NCBI GenBank assembly: GCA_947485745.1
Contig: CANKQY010000002.1
Location: 21,018 to 85,017 of the forward strand
Origin: Bacteroidota bacterium
Lineage (GTDB): Bacteria; Bacteroidota; Bacteroidia; UKL13-3
DNA length: 64,000 bases
Direction: 5' to 3'
A program made the translations under genes and the position numbers. Shown here one piece after another: positions 46,793 to 54,817 of the stretch. Position 1 is the stretch's first letter. Every line of letters starts with the position of its first letter. A model generated the notes under the pieces. That model saw only the letters and a program-made list of their open reading frames with translations. It did not search any database and was not told the origin of the DNA.

Positions 46793-48619
46793 ATGAACGG
46801 ATTTATTAAGTTATTAAAGTATACGCTGCCTTACAAAGGCTTAGCCTTTTTAAATGTAATTTTCAATTTACTTTCTATAGTATTTGGATTGTTTTCAATT
46901 GCGCTCATTTTGCCGTTTTTGAAATTACTTTTTGGTCAATCGCAATTGGTTACTATTGAGCCAGCATTTACTTTTACCATCAGCGGCCTAACTGGGTATT
47001 TCAATTATTTCTTGTCGAACCTCATTCAAACAAAAGGGCATGAGTCTGCGCTTATATTTATTTGTTTTGTTTTAGTATTGGCCATTTTATTTAAAAATTT
47101 ATTTAGGTACCTGGCTCTGTTCTTTATGGTTTCGCTGAGAAATAGTATTGTAAGTGAGTTAAGAGCCTCCTTATACAAACACATTTTGGTTTTACCTATT
47201 TCCTACTTTAGTGAAGAAAAAAAAGGGGATTTAATTTCAAGAATGAGCAGTGATATTCTGCAAATTGAAATCGCCATTATGAGTTCTCTGGAAGCATTAT
47301 TTAAAGAGCCATTAACCTTGTTGGTTTATTTGTTTACCTTAATCATGATTAGTCCAGTTTTAACAGTCATTGTTTTGTTAACCCTGCCTATAGTTGGCGT
47401 ATTAATTGGGCAAATAGGAAAATTACTGAAAAACTATTCTAGAAAGGGGCAATCAAAATTTGGAGATTTGGTTTCCTTGTATGAAGAAACTTTAATGGGA
47501 ATTAGGATCATTAAAGCATTTAATTCCCAAGAATTTTTTATGCGGAGATTTAAGGTTGAAAACGACCTTTATACCAAAATTAATATTGCCAGTAACAGAA
47601 CTGGAGATAGTGCCTCTCCAATTTCTGAAACCCTAAGTGTTGTTGTACTTTCGTTTGTTTTATGGGTGGGTGGTAAGATGGTATTGACAGATGATGCCAA
47701 TTTAAATGCGGAGGCATTTATTGCCTTTATTGCTATTTTTTCTCAGTTATTAGCGCCTGCAAAATCATTTTCTACGGCATATAGCAACATGCAAAAAGGC
47801 ATGGCATCTTTGGATAGGGTGAATGAAGTTTTGCAAAGTGAAGAGGTTATTACAGAGACTTCAAACGCAATGCCCATTGAAGGATTAAAGGAGTATATTG
47901 AATTTAAAAATGTTAGTTTCAAATATGCCGAAGATTATGTGTTGAGGAATATCAATTTGCGCATAGAAAAGGGAAAAACTGTTGCCTTGGTTGGCCCATC
48001 TGGTAGCGGGAAATCGACCTTAACAGATTTAATTCCTAGGTTTTATGATCCAGTGGAAGGGGAGGTAATTATTGATGGTGAAAACATTAAAAACTTAAAA
48101 ATTCTGCAATTGAGAGCCACCATGGCGGTTGTTGCACAAGAATCGATTTTGTTCAATGATACCATTTATAACAACATCGCATTTGGCAAAACAAATATTG
48201 CGCTTGAACAAGTTGAGAATGCAGCAAAAGTTGCCAATGCCCATGAGTTTATTGTTACTTCAGAAAGGGGCTATCAAACAAATATTGGTGATAGAGGAAA
48301 TAAATTGAGCGGTGGCCAACGTCAGAGGTTAAGCATAGCTAGAGCAATTAATACGAATCCCGATATTTTGATATTGGATGAAGCCACCTCAGCCCTAGAC
48401 ACAGCAAGTGAGCGATTGGTTCAGGAAGCATTAAATAATATTATGCAAAACAGAACTACCATTGTTATTGCACATCGTTTAAGCACCATTCACAAAGCAG
48501 ATTTGATTGTAGTTTTGGATAAAGGAAGTATTGTTCAAACCGGAACCCACAATGAACTTATACAACAAGATGGTTTATACAAACAGTTGCATGAAATGCA
48601 GAAAATTCTAGAAGGATAG
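46793..48619 (+). CDS. ABC transporter, fused permease/ATP-binding protein (MsbA-like exporter)
   Basis: Six-TM exporter domain. Walker A GPSGSGKST, signature LSGGQRQR, Walker B ILILDEATSALD. Confidence 0.9.
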   Translation: MNGFIKLLKYTLPYKGLAFLNVIFNLLSIVFGLFSIALILPFLKLLFGQSQLVTIEPAFTFTISGLTGYFNYFLSNLIQTKGHESALIFICFVLVLAILFKNLFRYLALFFMVSLRNSIVSELRASLYKHILVLPISYFSEEKKGDLISRMSSDILQIEIAIMSSLEALFKEPLTLLVYLFTLIMISPVLTVIVLLTLPIVGVLIGQIGKLLKNYSRKGQSKFGDLVSLYEETLMGIRIIKAFNSQEFFMRRFKVENDLYTKINIASNRTGDSASPISETLSVVVLSFVLWVGGKMVLTDDANLNAEAFIAFIAIFSQLLAPAKSFSTAYSNMQKGMASLDRVNEVLQSEEVITETSNAMPIEGLKEYIEFKNVSFKYAEDYVLRNINLRIEKGKTVALVGPSGSGKSTLTDLIPRFYDPVEGEVIIDGENIKNLKILQLRATMAVVAQESILFNDTIYNNIAFGKTNIALEQVENAAKVANAHEFIVTSERGYQTNIGDRGNKLSGGQRQRLSIARAINTNPDILILDEATSALDTASERLVQEALNNIMQNRTTIVIAHRLSTIHKADLIVVLDKGSIVQTGTHNELIQQDGLYKQLHEMQKILEG

Positions 48620-48634
48620 CGCCACAATTTTTCC

Positions 48635-50410
48635 CTAAAAAAACCTTGCCCCAATTTTAAAACCAATCCATCCCTTCACATTAAAGTTGCCAAAATTGTT
48701 ATTGTAAAAATAAGATGGCGGATAATTATCGAAATGGGTAATATAGGTGATAGAAGTTTTGTCGAATAATGAAAAATTTACGCTGCAGCCAAATAGCATT
48801 TGAAATTTTGGGTGAGCCGAAAAAATTACATGGGGAACAAACTTACTCAACAAATTCAATGCTTCTGTTTCGGAGGTTTTACCCACTAATTGTTGTGTGG
48901 TAAAATCAAATCCATAATGCCATTTTTGATGGTAATCAAACACTGTTCCTAACCCATAGCCAACAGCAGAAACTGAGTTGTTTTGCCCTATTTGAGTGCC
49001 AAAAACAAATATATTATGAAACCTCTCCATCCCAGTTCTAAATGAAATTGTGGTCAAAAAATTCTCATCTGTGGCCAACTCTATTTTGTGATACCCTTGT
49101 TTAACGTAGCTTAAAAAACCAATGGGCAATCCCTCACAACTATCTGAAATATTGATAAATCCTACTTGAGCTCCCTTTAAACCCTTTGTATTATTTACCA
49201 AAGATATTTGGGAACCAATTATGTTAGGTGAATAGTTATAAAAGGTACTTATTTGAACGCCTGTGGTAGTTTTTCTATTGCGATTTATTAAGCCACCAAT
49301 TTGTACCCCGTTTACATTGCCAGATACCCAGTTTCCGAGTCCTGCAATTTGTATGTTTTCAAAATCACCTAGGTCAACATTAAATAAACCTCCAATTTGA
49401 ACTGCTTTTGTTAGGGAGTTATTAAAATTGATTAATCCTGCAATTTGTGTTCCTTCCGATTTCCCCTCTACAATATTTGCTAAACCTGCAATTTGCAGAT
49501 ACCTAACACTGCCTGCGTCATAATTAAACAAGCCACCCAGCTCAAAGCTTTCTATACCCTTAGAATAACCGCCAAGAATGTTGAAACTATAATTATTAAT
49601 CGTATTAATATCTAATAAGTGATTTTTACTAACATAAGGAATCAAGGAAATATTAAACTCACTGTATAAAGTATCTTTAATATTTCTAAAATTTTGATTT
49701 TTCTGTTTTTCCCTATTCCAATAGTTGGTAAAAAAAGTAAACGGGTTTTTCTGGCTGGTGTCGGTTTGAACCAATATTGGCGAAATATTTAAAGAATCTA
49801 TTACCTGCTTATCCGTTTGTATTTTTTTGTTTACCTTTAAATAAATGGTTAAGTTTTTTTCTTCTGGATTGTAAACCAAGAAACTGGTATCTACATAGTT
49901 TTCCTTTGCAATTGAAATGGGATAGGGGTTAAACCTTTCATGGTTATTAAGTTTAAAACCACCATTTTTATCTGTGTATACTACCTCTTTATTGTAACTG
50001 TTGAAAATACTCACGTTGGCTAAAGGGTAGGTTGTTTCATCATCATACACATAACCTCTTAAAGGCTTACTTAGACGAAGTTCTCGAAATCTTTTTTCTG
50101 GATTACCTTTAATGGTGATGTATTTATTGGCCTTTTTATAGCTTGCATTTACTTGAAAGAGCAATTCTTTTAACACTAATTTGAGCTCTTTATTTTCACA
50201 TTGATAACTGACTTTTTGTTGGTCGTTAAAGTTGGCATAAGCAAATTGAACACCTGTTTGTTGGGTGATAACAATTAGCACCTCTTGTAAGCTCACATTT
50301 TCATAATTCAAAGAAACTCCTTTTGAAAGGTAATTAATGTTTTGAGCACTCAGTTTTCCGAGCAAACAAAGGAAAATAAGTAGCAATGAATATATCCTTA
50401 TAATATGCAT
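48635..50410 (-). CDS. outer-membrane protein with an STN-like domain, a CarboxypepD_reg-like domain, short (Q/V)I(A/G)GLxN repeats and a C-terminal barrel-like region
   Basis: Signal peptide. STN-like segment (VSLQEVLIVITQQTGVQFAYANF...LKLVLKELLFQVNASYKK..KYITIK). Then PLRGYVYDDETTYPLANVSIF. At least 5 repeats (LQIAGLANIV / TQIAGLINFN / VQIGGLFNVD / IQIAGLGNWV / VQIGGLINRN). Terminal ...FKIGARFF. Confidence 0.5.
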   Translation of the reverse strand: MHIIRIYSLLLIFLCLLGKLSAQNINYLSKGVSLNYENVSLQEVLIVITQQTGVQFAYANFNDQQKVSYQCENKELKLVLKELLFQVNASYKKANKYITIKGNPEKRFRELRLSKPLRGYVYDDETTYPLANVSIFNSYNKEVVYTDKNGGFKLNNHERFNPYPISIAKENYVDTSFLVYNPEEKNLTIYLKVNKKIQTDKQVIDSLNISPILVQTDTSQKNPFTFFTNYWNREKQKNQNFRNIKDTLYSEFNISLIPYVSKNHLLDINTINNYSFNILGGYSKGIESFELGGLFNYDAGSVRYLQIAGLANIVEGKSEGTQIAGLINFNNSLTKAVQIGGLFNVDLGDFENIQIAGLGNWVSGNVNGVQIGGLINRNRKTTTGVQISTFYNYSPNIIGSQISLVNNTKGLKGAQVGFINISDSCEGLPIGFLSYVKQGYHKIELATDENFLTTISFRTGMERFHNIFVFGTQIGQNNSVSAVGYGLGTVFDYHQKWHYGFDFTTQQLVGKTSETEALNLLSKFVPHVIFSAHPKFQMLFGCSVNFSLFDKTSITYITHFDNYPPSYFYNNNFGNFNVKGWIGFKIGARFF

Positions 50411-50602
50411 GTATTTTTTTGGTTTTGCGCCCGCTAAATTAGCACGTTTTTTATAATGACAAACAAAAAGGGTTTTACTCCTTATTACCGAAAGCTTGAT
50501 TTTAGGCTTTTGATTACTTTAAACTAAAAGCTAAAAAATTGCCATGTAACAATGTGGTGAAATTCTGCAAATTATTGAGTGAATTTTTATAATTCTGACT
50601 TT

Positions 50603-50610
50603 TACCTTTG
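50603..50610 (+). promoter_or_regulatory. -7 promoter box TACCTTTG
   Basis: Fits TAnnTTTG, about 40 nt upstream of the T9SS cargo gene start at 50649. Confidence 0.35.
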
Positions 50611-50648
50611 TTGAAAACTTAATTAACTATAAATAAAGCAAACATAAA

Positions 50649-53600
50649 ATGAGAAAACTACTTTTTCTTTTAACATGCCTCACCTTTGGCCTCACAGCCA
50701 ATATTAGGGCTCAGGCATTCGACTGTCCCTATGTGGTCTTTCGAAACAATGGCAACAATGCAAACCAAATTCCTTCGGCATATTATTACACTAACCCTTC
50801 AGTGGTTATTCCCCCTGCAAAAACTGGGAATACTAATAATATTCAAGGGGAAATCACTCTCAAGTTCAGTACTAATCCAACTGTCGTTCCTTTTATAACA
50901 GGAGTATTTGTTGGTACCACAACCTACACATGCGTGGTAGGTCCGCCTAGCACTGTGAGCACAAGTGGAAATGATTGGTTAATAAAATATTGTGTTTATT
51001 TCACTAATCTTCCTCCTAATAATAGTTCTTTTAGCTTACAATTTTCAAATCCTAACAGCACTACAGTTACAAATGTAACTGGTCCTGGTAGTTTTCTTAA
51101 AATTTGTAGTTATGGCAGTGGAAATTCAGGTTCACTTATTGCGGCTCCTGTTATTTCTGCTCAACCAGCAAATGTGAGTGGATGCCAGAATCAAACCGTT
51201 ACCTTTTCAGTATCTGCAGCCGCACAAAATGGCGGAACTCTTTCTTACCAATGGCGTAAAAATGGTATTGCACTTACCAATGGAGGCAGTATTTCAGGGG
51301 CTACCTCAACTACTTTATCAATTGCAAATACAGCCCTTTTAGATGCAGGTAATTATGACGTGTTGATTGCTGAAACAACAACAAGTTCTGCTACTACTGG
51401 TGCATTCACTATTAGTTCAGCTGGCACTTTAGTGATTTACGAAACCTTTAATGCCGGTTCTATAGCCACAACCGGAGAAACTATTTGTTACAATGGAAAT
51501 CCTTCAACTATCAATAATGCAGCTGTTGCAACTGGTGGTAATTTAAATTATAGCTATCAGTGGCAAGAAAGCTCAAACAATGGTGTTAGCTTTACCGACA
51601 TTTCGGGTGCTACTAGTTCTTCTTACACCCCGCCAAACGGACTTACCCAAACCAAAATTTTCCGCAGAACAGCTATGGATGGCAGATGTCAAACCACCTT
51701 CACACCTTCAACCGGTACCTGGAAAGTAACTGTGCCTACTGCTCCCATCTCTGCAACTTCAGCAAAAACATCTTATAATGGCTCAGATCTTTCTTGTTCT
51801 AATGCAACAGATGGACAAATAACCGTTACCGCTTCGGGTAGCTACGGAAATTATCAATATTCAAATGACAATGGTTCAAATTGGCAAATAAGTAATGTAT
51901 TTAGTAGCCTTGCTGCTGGTTCATATACCATCTTGGTAAAAGATAACAACAATTGCCAAACCTCAACAAGTAAAACACTTACCGCACCTTCACAAGTTGC
52001 CATTACAGCAACAGCAACACAAATATTATGCTATGGTGGAACAGGAAGTGTAGCTTTAACATCAAATGGTGGAACAGGAACATTAACTTATGGTACTACA
52101 GCAACAACAAGTTTAACAGCAGATACTTACAATTACACGGTAACTGATGCTAACGGGTGTTCAGCAAATACAGATGCAGTAATTAATGCAGCACCTTCAC
52201 AAGTTACCATTACAGCAACAGCAACACAAATACTATGCTATGGTGGAACAGGAAGTGTAGCTTTAACATCAAATGGCGGAACTGGAACATTAACTTATGG
52301 TACTACAGCAACAACAAGTTTAACAGCAGATACTTACAATTACACGGTAACTGATGCTAACGGATGTTCAGCAAATACAAGTGCGGTAATAAATGCAGCA
52401 CCTGCACTATTGGTAGTTACACCAACTGCTACTAATGTTACCTGTTTTGGTTTAGGTAACGGATCAATTTCTTTAAACGTAACTGGCGGTGTTACAGCAT
52501 ATACCTATCTTTGGTCTAATGCCGCTACCACTGCTGGAATCTCCAACCTTACACCAGGAACCTATTCGGTTACAGTTAAGGATGCTAATAACTGTACTGC
52601 AACTGGTTCAACTAGCATTAGCCAGCCTGCTCTACTAACCCTAACGCTTACTAAGGTAAATCCTACTGGCTACGCTTGTTTAGATGGAAGCATTACTGGC
52701 AACGCTAACGGAGGTAATATACCATACAGTTTTAAATTAGGAAGCGGTATTCCACAGGGATCATCAAGCTTTTCTGGACTTGCTGCAGGTAGCTACTCAC
52801 TTTTAGTATCTGATGCAAAAGGTTGTACTGCTTCTGCTTCAGGCGCTATTGCACCAATACCTTGTCAAGGATTTGTTAGCTATTCGCAAGGCGGATGGGG
52901 TGGTGGTAATACCACAACTGGCAACTACCTTAATAGCTTCACAAGCGTATTCCCTTCATCTATTATAATTGGATCAGGCACTAGAAAATTGGTATTTACA
53001 AGCAAAAGTGGTGTTCAAGGCTTCCTTCCTTCAGGTAGTACAGCTCGCGCACTTAATGTGGGTACGCTTACAAATCCTACCCGCACAGGTTATGCTAATG
53101 TGTTTGCAGGACAAGTGTTGGCGCTTACCTTAAGTGCAGCATACGACGATGCTTTACCTTCATTTGCACCAGCCTCAGGAAAGTTGAGAAACTTAGTGAT
53201 TGGTTCAGGCGCATTTGCAGGCATAACCGTTTCACAATTACTTGCGTTTTCGAACACCGCTTTGGGAGGAGGAACAACTCCTTATACCATTTCTCAATTG
53301 AATACAGCTGTAGCTGCAGTAAACCTTACTTATGATGGTAGCAATTCTGGATATTTATTTTGCCCTTGTGCACTAAGCAAGAAGGGTGATGAGGAGCAGA
53401 ACACTTTGGTACTTGACAACGTGAGCAAGGATCTTTCGATGAACTGCTATCCTAACCCTTTCACTGATGATTTACAGGTACAGTTTACTACTGTTGGTGC
53501 AGGAAAGACCACAGTTGAATTGTTGGATCTTTCTGGAAAACAAGTAGCTGTATTGTTCGATGCTGAAACTATGGAGAGCTCAACATACTCAGCTACTTTC

Positions 53601-53690
53601 AAAGGTTCAGAATACGTAAGCGGAGTTTACTTCTGTCGCATGCAATCAGGCGATCAAGTTGTAATCCGTAAGGTGATTCTTACTAGATAA
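50649..53690 (+). CDS. T9SS type-A sorting-domain (Por_Secre_tail) cell-surface protein with Ig-like and SprB-type repeats
   Basis: Signal peptide. Ig-like module (ISAQPANVSGCQNQTVTFSVSA...YQWRKNG...AGNYDV). Several C-x-G-x-x-x-G-S / TGG / Y-x-W SprB-like repeats. C-terminus CYPNPFTDDLQVQF...VELLDLSGKQV...GVYFCRMQSGDQVVIRKVIL. Confidence 0.8.
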   Translation: MRKLLFLLTCLTFGLTANIRAQAFDCPYVVFRNNGNNANQIPSAYYYTNPSVVIPPAKTGNTNNIQGEITLKFSTNPTVVPFITGVFVGTTTYTCVVGPPSTVSTSGNDWLIKYCVYFTNLPPNNSSFSLQFSNPNSTTVTNVTGPGSFLKICSYGSGNSGSLIAAPVISAQPANVSGCQNQTVTFSVSAAAQNGGTLSYQWRKNGIALTNGGSISGATSTTLSIANTALLDAGNYDVLIAETTTSSATTGAFTISSAGTLVIYETFNAGSIATTGETICYNGNPSTINNAAVATGGNLNYSYQWQESSNNGVSFTDISGATSSSYTPPNGLTQTKIFRRTAMDGRCQTTFTPSTGTWKVTVPTAPISATSAKTSYNGSDLSCSNATDGQITVTASGSYGNYQYSNDNGSNWQISNVFSSLAAGSYTILVKDNNNCQTSTSKTLTAPSQVAITATATQILCYGGTGSVALTSNGGTGTLTYGTTATTSLTADTYNYTVTDANGCSANTDAVINAAPSQVTITATATQILCYGGTGSVALTSNGGTGTLTYGTTATTSLTADTYNYTVTDANGCSANTSAVINAAPALLVVTPTATNVTCFGLGNGSISLNVTGGVTAYTYLWSNAATTAGISNLTPGTYSVTVKDANNCTATGSTSISQPALLTLTLTKVNPTGYACLDGSITGNANGGNIPYSFKLGSGIPQGSSSFSGLAAGSYSLLVSDAKGCTASASGAIAPIPCQGFVSYSQGGWGGGNTTTGNYLNSFTSVFPSSIIIGSGTRKLVFTSKSGVQGFLPSGSTARALNVGTLTNPTRTGYANVFAGQVLALTLSAAYDDALPSFAPASGKLRNLVIGSGAFAGITVSQLLAFSNTALGGGTTPYTISQLNTAVAAVNLTYDGSNSGYLFCPCALSKKGDEEQNTLVLDNVSKDLSMNCYPNPFTDDLQVQFTTVGAGKTTVELLDLSGKQVAVLFDAETMESSTYSATFKGSEYVSGVYFCRMQSGDQVVIRKVILTR
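51984..52397 (+). repeat. 2 x 207-bp in-frame tandem duplication inside the T9SS cargo gene
   Basis: Copy 1 is 51984-52190 and copy 2 is 52191-52397. I count about nine mismatches by eye. Each copy encodes APSQV(A/T)ITATATQILCYGGTGSVALTSNGGTGTLTYGTTATTSLTADTYNYTVTDANGCSANT... Confidence 0.9.
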
Positions 53691-53711
53691 TTCGATATAT
53701 ATTCGATAAAA

Positions 53712-53747
53712 AGCCGGAACGCAGTATTGCGTTCCGGCTTTTTTTTG
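53712..53747. terminator. strong hairpin terminator between convergent genes
   Basis: Perfect 12-bp stem AGCCGGAACGCA / TGCGTTCCGGCT with loop GTAT. Flanked by AAAA on the left and TTTTTTTT on the right, so it could work in both directions. Confidence 0.8.
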
Positions 53748-53748
53748 C

Positions 53749-54672
53749 CTAATACTGCTCGTACCAGCTAAATTTATTTTGTATAATATTTGATTTTTCT
53801 TTTTTTAAATATGCTAAAAATGAATTAGAAACGGGAGAATGCTTTTTGCCACTTAGCCAGATTAAACTCCATGTGGTAATAATTGGAAGTCCTTTTATAG
53901 GAATAATATGTAATTCTTTGTTGTGTAATTCATTTTTGATTCCAATCAATGGCATAATTGAAAACCCCAAACCAGCCAATAATGATTGCTTAACGGCCTC
54001 ATTGGATGTCAACTCCATCTTTTTTAGCACTGGAATATCGTTGCGTTCAATAAAACTCTCCATCGTTTGTCTGGTTCCTGAACCTTGCTCTCTATAAATC
54101 AGAGGCAAATCTTGAAATATTTCTTTGATATGAGCGGCCTTTTTAAATTTTGTTTTTGTACTACCCACTAAATACAACTTGTTTTGAAGTAGATCAAGTT
54201 TCTCGATATTTAATGAGTTTGGAAGAATAGAAACTAGTGCAAAATCAACTTCATTATTTTTTAAACTTTCAATAACTTTGTTTTTGTTCGTCACATCCAT
54301 CATTAATTCTATGCCAGCATGTTGTTGCATAAAATTACTAAGGAAGTATGGCATTACATACTTTCCGGTGGAAACAACTGAAATCTTCAAACGTCCTGTT
54401 AATTGTCCATTATAAGCCGACGTTTTATCGTTTATGGCATAAACTTGGTTAAGAATATTTTCGGCAGCTTCAGCAATTTCTAACCCAAAATCAGTAATGT
54501 GAATTTTTCGGCCAATAACTTCTGTCAAGGGAATGTTAAATTGGTCTTGGAAATTTTTCAGTTGTATAGAAACTGCGGGCTGGGTTAAGTGCAACTCCTC
54601 CGAAGCTTTAGTTACACTCCTTGTTTGTACAATTTTTAGAAATATCTCAAATTGATTTAATGTATATTTCAT
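53749..54672 (-). CDS. LysR-family transcriptional regulator
   Basis: N-terminal wHTH (LNQFEIFLKIVQTRSVTKASEELHLTQPAVSIQLKNFQ) and a periplasmic-binding-protein-like effector domain. Confidence 0.9.
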   Translation of the reverse strand: MKYTLNQFEIFLKIVQTRSVTKASEELHLTQPAVSIQLKNFQDQFNIPLTEVIGRKIHITDFGLEIAEAAENILNQVYAINDKTSAYNGQLTGRLKISVVSTGKYVMPYFLSNFMQQHAGIELMMDVTNKNKVIESLKNNEVDFALVSILPNSLNIEKLDLLQNKLYLVGSTKTKFKKAAHIKEIFQDLPLIYREQGSGTRQTMESFIERNDIPVLKKMELTSNEAVKQSLLAGLGFSIMPLIGIKNELHNKELHIIPIKGLPIITTWSLIWLSGKKHSPVSNSFLAYLKKEKSNIIQNKFSWYEQY

Positions 54673-54817
54673 AAATTATTTTTATGTTATTCAATACAAA
54701 TATGAATAAAAATTTATGAATTAAGCTTCGGATTTTTGCACCATCAATCGTAAAAGAATCGAAAATGAAAAGTATATCTAGCGATAGGAACCGGATATTG
54801 CATAGTAAATAGCTATT

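Noticed and set aside
54689-54707. Dyad ATTCA-N9-TGAAT just upstream of the LysR gene
   Set aside because: It is a plausible autoregulatory site. However, the spacing does not give the canonical T-N11-A LysR box, the arms are only 5 bp of AT-rich sequence, and there is no divergent target gene. Chance occurrence cannot be excluded.
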